From a virus (Duplodnaviria; Caudoviricetes), in IMG/VR virus record IMGVR_UViG_3300030330_004252, positions 1-28,272 of that record: a DNA stretch of 28,272 nucleotides. One strand, written 5' to 3'. Below the pieces are notes generated by a model. That model made no database searches. It had not been told where the DNA came from and saw nothing but the letters and a program-made list of their open reading frames with translations. A program made the position numbers and the translations under genes. Positions 7,805 through 16,887 of the stretch are shown in pieces. Each line of letters opens with the position of its first letter. Position 1 is the stretch's first letter.

Positions 7805-8285
7805 AGACTGTAAAATAGCAATTACACGCGAAAATGCATATCTTGATAGAAAAGATAGAATCAGAGCACGATGTAAAACATGCGATAAGCTATATAGAAA
7901 AAAACAACATAGTACAGACGCATTTAGTTATCTAGATAAAATATACAGCAAACTAAAATACGAAATTACAAGCGGTAGACGTCGACTTAGTCGTGCAAAT
8001 ATGGCATGGCAAATAACTCCTTCGCATTTATATGCGCTTTGGCATAAACAAGACGGTAAGTGTAATTTGACAGGAGTTCCTATGACGTACAAATCTGGTA
8101 TAGGAAAAATCGATACAAATATAAGTATTGACAGAATTAATCCTAGAGTAGGCTATAAACCAGGAAACGTGCAACTAATTACTTATAGAGCAAATATACT
8201 CAAACATGATTTAAACGAAAGCGATTTATTGCGTATTGCCGACTCTATTCAACGCACGCTAAAAAATAAGAAGCATTCATCCTAG
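7785..8285 (+). CDS. HNH-like endonuclease with N-terminal CxxC/CxxC zinc finger
   Basis: CKDC...CKTC, QDGKCNLTG, SIDRINPRVGYKPGNVQL..RANILK; start set to ATG 7785. Confidence 0.7.
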   Translation: MRLKLCKDCKIAITRENAYLDRKDRIRARCKTCDKLYRKKQHSTDAFSYLDKIYSKLKYEITSGRRRLSRANMAWQITPSHLYALWHKQDGKCNLTGVPMTYKSGIGKIDTNISIDRINPRVGYKPGNVQLITYRANILKHDLNESDLLRIADSIQRTLKNKKHSS

Positions 8286-8697
8286 CTCTTTTTTTAACTT
8301 GTGTTGCATATTTACTTTCTAATAATTCTTGACTTGCTAGCTCCCAGTTTTCTTCTTTAACAGCTTTACACATTTTTTTAAAATTACTAAGTCCTTTACT
8401 GCCTAAATTAAAATGCATGTCTATTAATGCTATTTTTGCAAAATCAGGAAAGTTGTCAAAGTTACTAAATTTCTTAGATAAAAAGTTTAAGCTATCTTCT
8501 ATGTCGTTAAGTAACAAATATTCTGCTTCTTTTTTTGTTATACCTTTAGTTTCTAAATTTCTGCCGTAGCCTACGCTAGCATATCCAGCAGGACAGTCAT
8601 ATACAAGCGAAACAAAACCTTCATAGCGTTTTATATGTTTTTTTATTTTTGCAAGAAGGGCAGACAAAGGTTTTTGTGAGGGGTGGGAGATTTCCAT
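8245..8697 (-). CDS. Endolysin, GH24/T4-lysozyme family
   Basis: IKRYEG...YDC.AGY.SVGYGRNL, DMHFNLG..GL..FKKM, SKYATQV..RA. Confidence 0.9.
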   Translation of the reverse strand: MEISHPSQKPLSALLAKIKKHIKRYEGFVSLVYDCPAGYASVGYGRNLETKGITKKEAEYLLLNDIEDSLNFLSKKFSNFDNFPDFAKIALIDMHFNLGSKGLSNFKKMCKAVKEENWELASQELLESKYATQVKKRARMNASYFLACVE

Positions 8698-8709
8698 GTC
8701 ATGCCTGCC

Positions 8710-8937
8710 CTAAACTATAATCAAATAATTCCTTATTATTAAAGTCATAATGCTGGCTAACAAGCCAATTAGTAAACCGATAATGGTTCGTGTTCCTGAA
8801 TCTAATTTTACTCTGATTTTCTCAACATCAGAATCTATTTTTTCAAATTTGTGGAAAGCTGTCCTCCAACGTTCTGCACACTCTTTTTCATGAACAGCAA
8901 GCTCAAGATGTACGTCAGAGGCAGTCTTTCTAGCCAT
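8710..8937 (-). CDS. Small membrane protein (coiled coil plus C-terminal TM; XhlA/holin-like)
   Basis: HEKECAERW motif; C-terminal hydrophobic helix TIIGLLIGLLASIMTLII; directly upstream of endolysin. Confidence 0.65.
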   Translation of the reverse strand: MARKTASDVHLELAVHEKECAERWRTAFHKFEKIDSDVEKIRVKLDSGTRTIIGLLIGLLASIMTLIIRNYLIIV

Positions 8938-9104
8938 TACTTATTTTGTTTGTTTTCACTAAACAACATAAGCTCTTGCTCTAGCGTATTGCACTTTTTT
9001 ACGTACCCTCTTACAAGAACTGCAAGTTGCTCATTTGCAACTCTTAATTCTTCATAGGTAGGTTTTGCTTGTGCTTTGCTAGTTTCAGCCTTTTTGTTTG
9101 CCAT
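8937..9104 (-). CDS. Small coiled-coil hypothetical protein, 55 aa
   Basis: Not in ORF track. SD GGGAG; MANKKAETSKAQ...MLFSENKQNK; TAATG coupling to the next gene. Confidence 0.65.
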   Translation of the reverse strand: MANKKAETSKAQAKPTYEELRVANEQLAVLVRGYVKKCNTLEQELMLFSENKQNK

Positions 9105-9105
9105 A

Positions 9106-9252
9106 TTATCTCCCTTTCCTCAATGATAAATAGTCTACAATATCATATACCGCTTTATTCCAGCCTTTTTTAGGCTCAGGATATATGCATATAAGGATGT
9201 TAGCGCAGCCATTGGCAAACACTAACCAAAAAAATAAATCGAAAATCCACAT
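9106..9252 (-). CDS. Small membrane protein, 48 aa (holin-like candidate)
   Basis: Not in ORF track. MWIFDLFFWLVFANGCANILICIYPEPKKGWNKAVYDIVDYLSLRKGR: N-terminal TM plus amphipathic helix, first gene of the lysis block. Confidence 0.55.
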   Translation of the reverse strand: MWIFDLFFWLVFANGCANILICIYPEPKKGWNKAVYDIVDYLSLRKGR

Positions 9253-9306
9253 GACTTTTATTATACTTAGAAAAAAAAGTAATGTTATAAGAATTAAATT
9301 ATAAAA

Positions 9307-9543
9307 TTAATCTATTGGCGTTTGTGGCCATACAATATCTTCTATATTGTTATCATTACTGTATGTTGCTGGCAAATCTCGTAATTGCTGTCTATATGTT
9401 GCCCATGCAGCTTTTTCTGTGTTTGTTAATTGACAGTCAGGCATTTGTGTCCAGTCACATGCATTTAGTAAATTATTACGTCCTTGCCTTAAATGTTCCA
9501 TTGTTGTAAGTGGATTGCCTGGATATGCTTTTTTGTAAATCAT
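9307..9543 (-). CDS. Tail (fibre) assembly chaperone
   Basis: LR..RN.LL..CDWTQMPD...W.TYRQQLRDLP...IVWP motif. Confidence 0.85.
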   Translation of the reverse strand: MIYKKAYPGNPLTTMEHLRQGRNNLLNACDWTQMPDCQLTNTEKAAWATYRQQLRDLPATYSNDNNIEDIVWPQTPID

Positions 9544-12350
9544 TATGTTACTCCTGACGAATTTATTTTAATTGCTTGTATTGCAACATTAAATACAGCT
9601 AAACTTTCACTGACATCTGGATTTATTGTTTTTCCTTTCAGCTCGAAAGTTTTTGTAGCCGTTGTATCTGCACTTACTTCAGCAGCTAAAATAAAAGGAG
9701 CTAAAGCTGCTTCTACGCCTTGGCTAGATGTATAGTTTGCGACACTTGTGCCGCCATGAAATATGTCAAAACGCACTTGTGAATTTGACGTTGCTGTGTT
9801 TCCTACATCCCCTGCCGCAAATATGCCAATCTTGCCGCTTTCTTTTGACGCTGGTAATGTAAATGTTGCTAACGTTTGAAAACTAGTTGTGAGCGTTGTT
9901 GTGCTACCTGGTGCATTGATACCGTAATCGCCAACAAATGCGTCAGCAAGTATTATCGTATTATCTAGTCCGTTATTGCTTATATTTGCAGCGTCTAAAT
10001 TTTGTACAGTAATATTATCTGCATTAATAACGCCTGCTGTAATTGTTCCAAGATTAGATTCTATGGCTGCTAAATTATCTACGTCAATCATAGTTGCGTC
10101 AATTGAGTTTGCGCTTATGTGGTCTGCAGTAATTATGTCATCGGGCAAGTCAGGCCTTTGTATAGGACTAGTAGTATTATTAAAACTTACTGTGCTTGCT
10201 GCACTTTCTACTCCTAGACTATTAACTGCACTTACTTCTCCAGAGAAACTGTTTTGCACTTCTATGCCATCTAAGTTAAAAAACGTATTTCTTGTTTCTC
10301 CTGTAAATCTTATATTTCCGCTACTATCTTTTACAACGACGTTAAATTTATAGCTGGGGTATTTACTACTATCCGTCCATGTAAGTCTTGCAGGCACGCC
10401 AGTACTTGTATTTTTTGCTGTGAAAGTCAAACTAGAAGGAGCTAGTACTCTATTCATTTCTACTGGGTCATTAGGTATTCCTAAATCCTCGTCAGGCGGG
10501 TCAGTGAATCCGTATATGTCGCCTTGATATTCTATTGCTGTAACTTCTACATTCATGTCTGGCTGTATAGTCATATTTATTATTCTGTATTGTTCTGCGC
10601 TCATGTTAAGTGCACTATTTGTTATTGCAATAACTTCTCCTACTTTCGATAGTAAAACTCTTGGCGTCGATTTAAAAGTAATCATTTTTTGTTTTCTACT
10701 TCTTTGTAATATTGCTTTTGCATGATGATTAGCAATTTTATAATTTGTTACATAAGGAAACTGTATACGTGTTTCTAGTACTTCGCCATCGTCAGACAAA
10801 AATGTATCGCTACTTTCTCCAGTATTTATAACTGTGTCTGTTTCATATCTTTTTTGTGCATTAAAAAACTCTACTTCTACTTTGTTATATTTTTTTTCTT
10901 TATTCTCAAACGTCAAACTTATGCCACTATCTAAAATCATATCGTCAGTAAGTGTCTGTACTACACTTTCACTGCCTTCTACTTTTATTGTGTATTTTCC
11001 GTTTGTGTATGTAAAAATGCCACGCATATTTGCTACTAAATCTTTTGTGTTTTCTAGTACGCTTTCGCTGGTATCAACAACGCCGTTACAATGAAAACGT
11101 CTTTGACCTTGTGAAAAAGTACATGTTGTGTTTGTTGTTATTTCGCTTACTATTGAGCCACGCTCAAAGTGTAAAAATAGTAAAGAAATAGGATTGCTAC
11201 CGCTTATGTCAATAATATCTGTACTTTTATCAACTAGTTCTTTATTGTTTACGACTGTTGTGCCGCCGCTTGTAGTAACTGTAAATTTATTGCCTACTTG
11301 CATTTTATTAAATGCTGTTCTATTACTTGTGCCATCAGCTAATAAAATTCTGTCATTGTTACTAGTAGCACTTGTAACTAGTGCAGATATATCTACAGGA
11401 GTTTCACTATCGCCGCAATCATTTGCAGCTTCTACAAAACTTGGCATATCTAAATCAGTTTCTGCAAGTCCTTTTCCGTAATCTTTATCTTTTAAATAGT
11501 CAAGTAAACATAATGCAGCGTTGTCAGACCATGTATGTGTTGACGTATTAGCAAAGTCTTGTGAACCACTTCCGTAAGCACTATCGAGCCTTGGGTCATA
11601 AACCTTTTTGCCGTTAACTACTACCGTAATGTTAGGAATCCCTTGAAACATGCCTTTTGTATCATACTCAAAGTTACATGCAATATATGCTATGCCAGTT
11701 AATTTATGATTACTACTCCAAACAGTACTTGCGTTTGTACCGTTAAATACTCCTGTTAGCATTGGGTCTACAGCTTGCGATAATGTGCCTTGATGTAAGT
11801 TAAAAACCATTCTTGGCTGTGCAAATGGGTCCGCACCGGCTAAAATATTAGCTACACTTCCTGTACCGCTGCCTGTGCCAAAGTAATTACTATTTGTTGT
11901 AAGTGTATAGTTGCTTGCGTCTTTTCTTTCATATCTAAATGTTCCGTCAGCAATTGCATAACCTTGTCTAAAAACACTAGTATCATTTATAGAGCGTCCG
12001 TTTATTTGTATTGTTTGTGCCTCAAAGCTATCTATCTCATGGCCTGCTATTGCATATACAACAAACAATTCTTTGTTATTTACAGTTTCCATAAATACAA
12101 CATTTCCTGCAACTCTACGTCTGCCATATATTACTGGCATGCCGCCGCCAGTGCCGTACTTTTGTAAAAGTATATCTGCACCACTTCTTTGTGCTTTCAT
12201 CCTTGCTTTATGACTAAGTACTCCTTGTGCAACAAAAAATGCAGTTTGCACATACGTCATAGCAGCTGCTTTACCGCTAAAAAACTTAACAATAGAAGCG
12301 CCTATTTTTGCAAAAAAATTACCGGTGCCTGGAGGAGGTGCAACAGCCAT
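9543..12350 (-). CDS. Tail tip/host-specificity protein (gpJ-like central tail hub with Fn3-like domain)
   Basis: MPVIYGRRRV.G, V.GKKVYDPR, WSDNAALCLLDYL, FHCNGVVDT, YNKVEVEF; position after distal tail genes. Confidence 0.85.
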   Translation of the reverse strand: MAVAPPPGTGNFFAKIGASIVKFFSGKAAAMTYVQTAFFVAQGVLSHKARMKAQRSGADILLQKYGTGGGMPVIYGRRRVAGNVVFMETVNNKELFVVYAIAGHEIDSFEAQTIQINGRSINDTSVFRQGYAIADGTFRYERKDASNYTLTTNSNYFGTGSGTGSVANILAGADPFAQPRMVFNLHQGTLSQAVDPMLTGVFNGTNASTVWSSNHKLTGIAYIACNFEYDTKGMFQGIPNITVVVNGKKVYDPRLDSAYGSGSQDFANTSTHTWSDNAALCLLDYLKDKDYGKGLAETDLDMPSFVEAANDCGDSETPVDISALVTSATSNNDRILLADGTSNRTAFNKMQVGNKFTVTTSGGTTVVNNKELVDKSTDIIDISGSNPISLLFLHFERGSIVSEITTNTTCTFSQGQRRFHCNGVVDTSESVLENTKDLVANMRGIFTYTNGKYTIKVEGSESVVQTLTDDMILDSGISLTFENKEKKYNKVEVEFFNAQKRYETDTVINTGESSDTFLSDDGEVLETRIQFPYVTNYKIANHHAKAILQRSRKQKMITFKSTPRVLLSKVGEVIAITNSALNMSAEQYRIINMTIQPDMNVEVTAIEYQGDIYGFTDPPDEDLGIPNDPVEMNRVLAPSSLTFTAKNTSTGVPARLTWTDSSKYPSYKFNVVVKDSSGNIRFTGETRNTFFNLDGIEVQNSFSGEVSAVNSLGVESAASTVSFNNTTSPIQRPDLPDDIITADHISANSIDATMIDVDNLAAIESNLGTITAGVINADNITVQNLDAANISNNGLDNTIILADAFVGDYGINAPGSTTTLTTSFQTLATFTLPASKESGKIGIFAAGDVGNTATSNSQVRFDIFHGGTSVANYTSSQGVEAALAPFILAAEVSADTTATKTFELKGKTINPDVSESLAVFNVAIQAIKINSSGVT

Positions 12351-12968
12351 TTATCTATTCCACCTTACGTCTTCGTTTGTTGTGTGTGCAAACTCAAGTC
12401 CTTTATCTGTAAATCCGCTTGACAAACTACCGTCTGCTATTTTTTTTGTTATAAAATCGTTTTGCGAAGCTTGTGTAAATACACGGCCATTTTTTGTTTC
12501 CCAGTTTTTCCAATGTGACGATATTTCTACTTGCAATGTAAAACTACCTGCACTTGTATGTAAACTAGCTCCTGTTATTGTGCCTTTAAAAAACTCAAAC
12601 GCATCTATAATTGTTTCTTGACTATCTAAAAAGACAGTTTGTATTACTGCTTCTTTTCCTATATATTGTTGATGTCTAAATAAATCACGCACAGTGTCGG
12701 TAACATTTTGTAAAGTTATAGAGTTTGTACTGTATTCTAAACTTCCTGTTTCTTCTGTTTCTCCTATGCCTAAAAAATTACCGCCAGCTTCATAAGTTAA
12801 ATTATCTGTGCCGTCATTATATGTCAAGTTTTTTACATGATTGGTTACAGAAACTGTTGTTGTGCTACCGCTACTATTTCCTAGTGCTTTTAATTTAACT
12901 AAATGTGCAAGTCTAATTTCGCCTTGTTGTATTTGATTTTGTACACTCGAGCTTAGTGTTCTTCCCAT
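12351..12968 (-). CDS. Minor tail/tip protein (DUF2163/gpL-like)
   Basis: Position between distal tail and hub; SHW..W....GR.FT..SQ and DKGLEFA...DVRW motifs. Confidence 0.7.
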   Translation of the reverse strand: MGRTLSSSVQNQIQQGEIRLAHLVKLKALGNSSGSTTTVSVTNHVKNLTYNDGTDNLTYEAGGNFLGIGETEETGSLEYSTNSITLQNVTDTVRDLFRHQQYIGKEAVIQTVFLDSQETIIDAFEFFKGTITGASLHTSAGSFTLQVEISSHWKNWETKNGRVFTQASQNDFITKKIADGSLSSGFTDKGLEFAHTTNEDVRWNR

Positions 12969-13579
12969 TATAAAACCTCACGTAAGTCAAAAGATAAGTT
13001 AAAAAGTCCGTTAGCGTCTGTAGTATATAAAACGTCGTCTTGTACTAATTGCACAGTAAAAGAAGGCTGATTAACAGTAACAGCTTCGTTGTCAACAACA
13101 GCTGCTTGCAAAGGCGGTTCTATATCGACTGCTGCAACTTGTCCTGAGCTATTAGCATTTTCATTATCTATAACCATATATATTTTATTGTGATTAGCAA
13201 ACTTAATTAAGTCGCCAGCTTTTAAAACATTATTAGTTGTTCCTGATGCTGTAAAGCCATCTAATGGCACTTGGACTGCACCAGCGCTCGCTGAGCCATT
13301 TACTGCAATATCTGTTTGTGCTTTATCAACGCCTTGATTTTCTAGCGGGTATTGAAACGTAAAAGACTCAAAGCTACCTCTTTGTTTTACTAAAAATGCA
13401 TAGAACTCCATAAACTCATCTTGTGTCATAGGGGGCATTTGTACTGTAAACTGAAAATATTGCGAAGCAAATTGTTTTGTACTTCTTTTGCCTGACAATG
13501 TGTATGCTGTAGTATTTGGCCTAACTGAAGAAAAGTTAAATACTTTAGGTGTTTTTGTTGTAGGAAATGCGCCGCTCAT
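12968..13579 (-). CDS. Distal tail protein
   Basis: Follows tape measure; AFL.KQRG.FESF, LKAGDLIKFANH.K.Y and IEPPL motifs. Confidence 0.7.
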   Translation of the reverse strand: MSGAFPTTKTPKVFNFSSVRPNTTAYTLSGKRSTKQFASQYFQFTVQMPPMTQDEFMEFYAFLVKQRGSFESFTFQYPLENQGVDKAQTDIAVNGSASAGAVQVPLDGFTASGTTNNVLKAGDLIKFANHNKIYMVIDNENANSSGQVAAVDIEPPLQAAVVDNEAVTVNQPSFTVQLVQDDVLYTTDANGLFNLSFDLREVL

Positions 13580-15150
13580 TATATAATTCCTGGTTTTCCT
13601 TTTTGATTCATAGCTTGCACAACCATACTTACTATTTGATTTTTTCTATCAGATAACATTGTTTCAAAACCACTAGCGTCATTTGCAGAAACGTTAAAAC
13701 TTATATTGACATTACTACTACTTGCTGCCATACCTTTTGTTTCTCCTGCTGTCGCAATTCTACCGTTGCTAGTAGGTATAAACATTTCTGGCCCTTTTTC
13801 ACCGACTAGAAATGGCTGACCTCCCATAACAGGGCCTCCTAATGCTCTAGCACCAAAGTCAATGTTAGGAAATAAGAAACTTGCAAACTTCATTATTTGC
13901 GCTCTTACTTGCATTCTAATTAAGTCTGATATTATACTATTTACTAATTCTTTAAAGCTTGCTTTTCCTGTCATAACAAAATCAACTATTGCGTCTTCTG
14001 CTCCTTTAAATGCATTGGTTATTGTATTAGCAAATAAATCATCTGTATCTTTTGCAAAATTACGTAAACCTGTTTGTACTCCTGCAAAACTAACTCCTAT
14101 TTTAGTCATTAGTTTTTCTAGTAAGCTAAATTGTGGTTCTGTAGATTCTGTTATGTCTTTTACTGCAGGGATAAATCCATCTTGTATAATCTTGTTTACA
14201 TTTGCTAGTGAGTCGCCAAATGCTGCAGCAAACTTTACAGGCTTTATAAAAGCGTCGCTCAATGTTATACTCGCAATATCGTTGAATAATGTAATCATTT
14301 GATTTATAGCGTTTTCAAATGAAAACATAAAGTTTACTAAGCCTTTTGTAAGTTCTCTAAATATATCTTTAAAAATATCTTCAAAAGTCATGTCTCCTCT
14401 AAGCTCATGTATTTTTTTGATTGCTTCGTCAACAAAAAATGATAAAGCAGGCGCTAAAGTAGCTGTTAGTTGATTACTTACGCCACCGATAAGTGTACGT
14501 AATCTTGTAAGTTCATCAGCAAAAAAACCAACTCCACGAGCAGCACTGTCTGTAAGTATAAATCCTAGTCTATCTGCGTCGTCAAAAAACTGTTGTAAAC
14601 CATCACTACCGTTACGTAGCATTGAGACAAGCGCTGCACCTTCACTATCAAAACCTTTAAATGCAAGTGCTAATTGATTCGTTGAGTCTTCAGTTGTTGC
14701 AAGTGCGTCAGCAAATAACATTAAAGCCTCTTCTGCGCCTAAATCTGCAATAACATTTTGTGATAATCCCATTTCTCTCAAAGCAGGCAATAGTTCACCT
14801 GTTCCTTTTTTTGCTTCACCTAATCGTCTAGCAAATCTTTGCAATGCCATATCTGCAGTTCTTGTTGATACGCCAATTTGGTCTGCTGCAAAACGGAATT
14901 TCTGTAAGAATTCTATATTGACATCTAGTTTATCTGCGGTTTTAACCAACGCGTCTACAAAACGTGTAGAAACTGCAATTGAGGCTACTAATGCTGTTGC
15001 AGCGGCTGCAGCTGCAAGTGATATTTTCATCAAACCAGCAGCAGCAAGTTTAGCTGCACTTTTAAGCATATTTAATCCTTGCTTAATTTTCTTAAACACA
15101 GCTGTTGCCATGTCTTGTGCAATGATTTTAATTATATGTTTATTAGCCAT
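13579..15150 (-). CDS. Tail tape measure protein
   Basis: Ala-rich helical protein; lambda-type EDAIVDFV.TGK.SFK.L..SII.DL.R; C-terminal RALGGPV...FLVGEKGPEMFIP. Confidence 0.9.
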   Translation of the reverse strand: MANKHIIKIIAQDMATAVFKKIKQGLNMLKSAAKLAAAGLMKISLAAAAAATALVASIAVSTRFVDALVKTADKLDVNIEFLQKFRFAADQIGVSTRTADMALQRFARRLGEAKKGTGELLPALREMGLSQNVIADLGAEEALMLFADALATTEDSTNQLALAFKGFDSEGAALVSMLRNGSDGLQQFFDDADRLGFILTDSAARGVGFFADELTRLRTLIGGVSNQLTATLAPALSFFVDEAIKKIHELRGDMTFEDIFKDIFRELTKGLVNFMFSFENAINQMITLFNDIASITLSDAFIKPVKFAAAFGDSLANVNKIIQDGFIPAVKDITESTEPQFSLLEKLMTKIGVSFAGVQTGLRNFAKDTDDLFANTITNAFKGAEDAIVDFVMTGKASFKELVNSIISDLIRMQVRAQIMKFASFLFPNIDFGARALGGPVMGGQPFLVGEKGPEMFIPTSNGRIATAGETKGMAASSSNVNISFNVSANDASGFETMLSDRKNQIVSMVVQAMNQKGKPGII

Positions 15151-15292
15151 TTTTGTTTTTTTCTTCCTTAATTGTAAAATATGCTGACCACAATTGATAT
15201 TCTTCGATAGACATATCCTGTATTTCCGTTAAAGTTTTGTGTAACATTTCAGCTAGAGCAAGCTGACCATATAGATATTTATCAAGTATTAA
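15143..15292 (-). CDS. gpT-like segment of G-T tail chaperone, reached by -1 frameshift
   Basis: The -1 frame after the A9 run reads LILDKYLYGQLALAEMLHKTLTEIQDMSIEEYQLWSAYFTIKEEKNKNG* and overlaps the TMP start. Confidence 0.8.
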   Translation of the reverse strand, partial: LILDKYLYGQLALAEMLHKTLTEIQDMSIEEYQLWSAYFTIKEEKNKNG

Positions 15293-15624
15293 TTTTTTTT
15301 TACTTCTTCTATAGGCGTATTGCCCATAATTTCGTTTGCAACTCTTGCAATAACATTTCTATCTACCTTATTAAGTAGTGTAGATTTATCTTCTAGTGTA
15401 AATAGTTTATTGCCGTCTTCGTCAAGCGCTTTGTATATAAGAATATAGACTAACATTGTCATGTCGTCGTCTTTTGACATTTTGTATAGTTTGGATGTTT
15501 CTTGGAGTGTTAATGGACTTGCAAATAGGTAAAACGGTTTACCGTCTTCTGCCCATTCTGGCACAGATATTTTTTTGACACTAAGATTCTCAAAGTGAGA
15601 CTTAGCTCTGTCGATTGCCTTCAT
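15289..15624 (-). CDS. Tail assembly chaperone gpG-like
   Basis: Between tube and TMP; VPEW and ALDEDGNKLF motifs; ends EEVKKN on a slippery A run. Confidence 0.85.
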   Translation of the reverse strand: MKAIDRAKSHFENLSVKKISVPEWAEDGKPFYLFASPLTLQETSKLYKMSKDDDMTMLVYILIYKALDEDGNKLFTLEDKSTLLNKVDRNVIARVANEIMGNTPIEEVKKN

Positions 15625-15630
15625 TAATTA

Positions 15631-16032
15631 TTATGCAGTTCCGATACTTAAAGCACCGCTGCCTTGTACACTAAAACTTCTTTCAACAAGTCCGTCAAAA
15701 CTTTGTGATTGATTTATACTTGTGATTATTCCTGAACCACTAAGTTTATAATCGCCAGAAGAATCGCCTTCTGGTAATATATCAAAAGTTAACGACGTGC
15801 CAATTGTCATAGCAGTCTGAGCAGAGTCTCCGTCATCAAACAATGCTTCTATTGAAACAGTGAATTGTGAGAGCGTCTTTTTAAATGTACGAGCAGAGTC
15901 ACCCATTTTTGTATCTTCTACAGTATCAGATTGTTGCTCTACAGAAAAGCTTCTTATTTCGCCTATTGCTGTAGCACTACCGCCTGATGGGGTTACTTTT
16001 ACTATTCCGTCTGCGCCTGAAAATGTTGCCAT
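15631..16032 (-). CDS. Major tail tube protein
   Basis: IGEIRSFSVE...VEDTKMGD.ARTF, SGSGIITS and SFSVQGSGAL pattern; position. Confidence 0.85.
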   Translation of the reverse strand: MATFSGADGIVKVTPSGGSATAIGEIRSFSVEQQSDTVEDTKMGDSARTFKKTLSQFTVSIEALFDDGDSAQTAMTIGTSLTFDILPEGDSSGDYKLSGSGIITSINQSQSFDGLVERSFSVQGSGALSIGTA

Positions 16033-16057
16033 AATTTTATTTTACCTTATTGTTATC

Positions 16058-16543
16058 TTATAAAACACCTTCACTATGATGATATTTTACGTTAAAATCC
16101 ATAATTATTCTTGCCAAAGGCTTTTCGCCTTCGCTTTCATATTCTACAGCTGTTTGTATTAAAAATGAATCTTTCGCTAAATTGTCTAGCAATCTATTTG
16201 TAAATAGTGCTTCTTCTACTTCTTCTGCTATATCGTCTATTTTATTATCAAAGTTTGTATTTTGTTTTACGTAACCTTCTACAGATAATGTTATGTTTTT
16301 TTCTATACGTCTCGGCTTTATAGATATAATTTCTGAGTCGATATTTTTAGTATATAAAAGCAATGCTGGTAGTTTTATGTCTTCTATGTTATGTACTCGT
16401 GAGGCAAATATATTACTGCCAGTTGTTGTTAATCCAGTGAGTGTTTGTGTTGCTACATCTCTTATTTGTTCTTCTATTGATTTTGTCTCTACACTTTGTG
16501 ATGCAAAAGGAAGTTGTGCAAATGCTGCTAAACCGAATGTCAT
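16058..16543 (-). CDS. Tail terminator-like protein, paralogue 2, with N-terminal FGLAAFAQLPFAS extension
   Basis: IFASRV...LPALLLY, V.GYVK, NLAKDS, SEG, YHHSEG; immediately upstream of tail tube. Confidence 0.7.
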   Translation of the reverse strand: MTFGLAAFAQLPFASQSVETKSIEEQIRDVATQTLTGLTTTGSNIFASRVHNIEDIKLPALLLYTKNIDSEIISIKPRRIEKNITLSVEGYVKQNTNFDNKIDDIAEEVEEALFTNRLLDNLAKDSFLIQTAVEYESEGEKPLARIIMDFNVKYHHSEGVL

Positions 16544-16887
16544 TAACTACCTAATATTTTATTAACACTACTCGGATTAATTTTATTATTTATTTTTGCT
16601 TCTATGTCAGATTTAATAGTTGCGACATTATCAGCACCTAAATTAGCTTCTACCCAATTTTGCACAATTTGAGATGTTAAATCTTGCCATGCTATAAAGT
16701 TTGACAAGTCAGTCGTATCTAAATATACTCTGCCTTGCATTGTTGCGTAATAATTATTATTGTTTTCATCTAAATTAATAGTATCTATGCCTTTAACAAT
16801 GTAATGCACTTTATGTACAACATTTTGTAATCCGTTTTTATTTGGATAGACTTCGCAATTTGATACATTCCATATATAGTCAATCAT
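16543..16887 (-). CDS. Fibre-associated protein of unknown function
   Basis: Y.W.V...EVYP...NVVHKVHY...FI.W.DLT...V..WVE..LG pattern typical of small genes after phage fibres; TAATG-coupled. Confidence 0.6.
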   Translation of the reverse strand: MIDYIWNVSNCEVYPNKNGLQNVVHKVHYIVKGIDTINLDENNNNYYATMQGRVYLDTTDLSNFIAWQDLTSQIVQNWVEANLGADNVATIKSDIEAKINNKINPSSVNKILGS

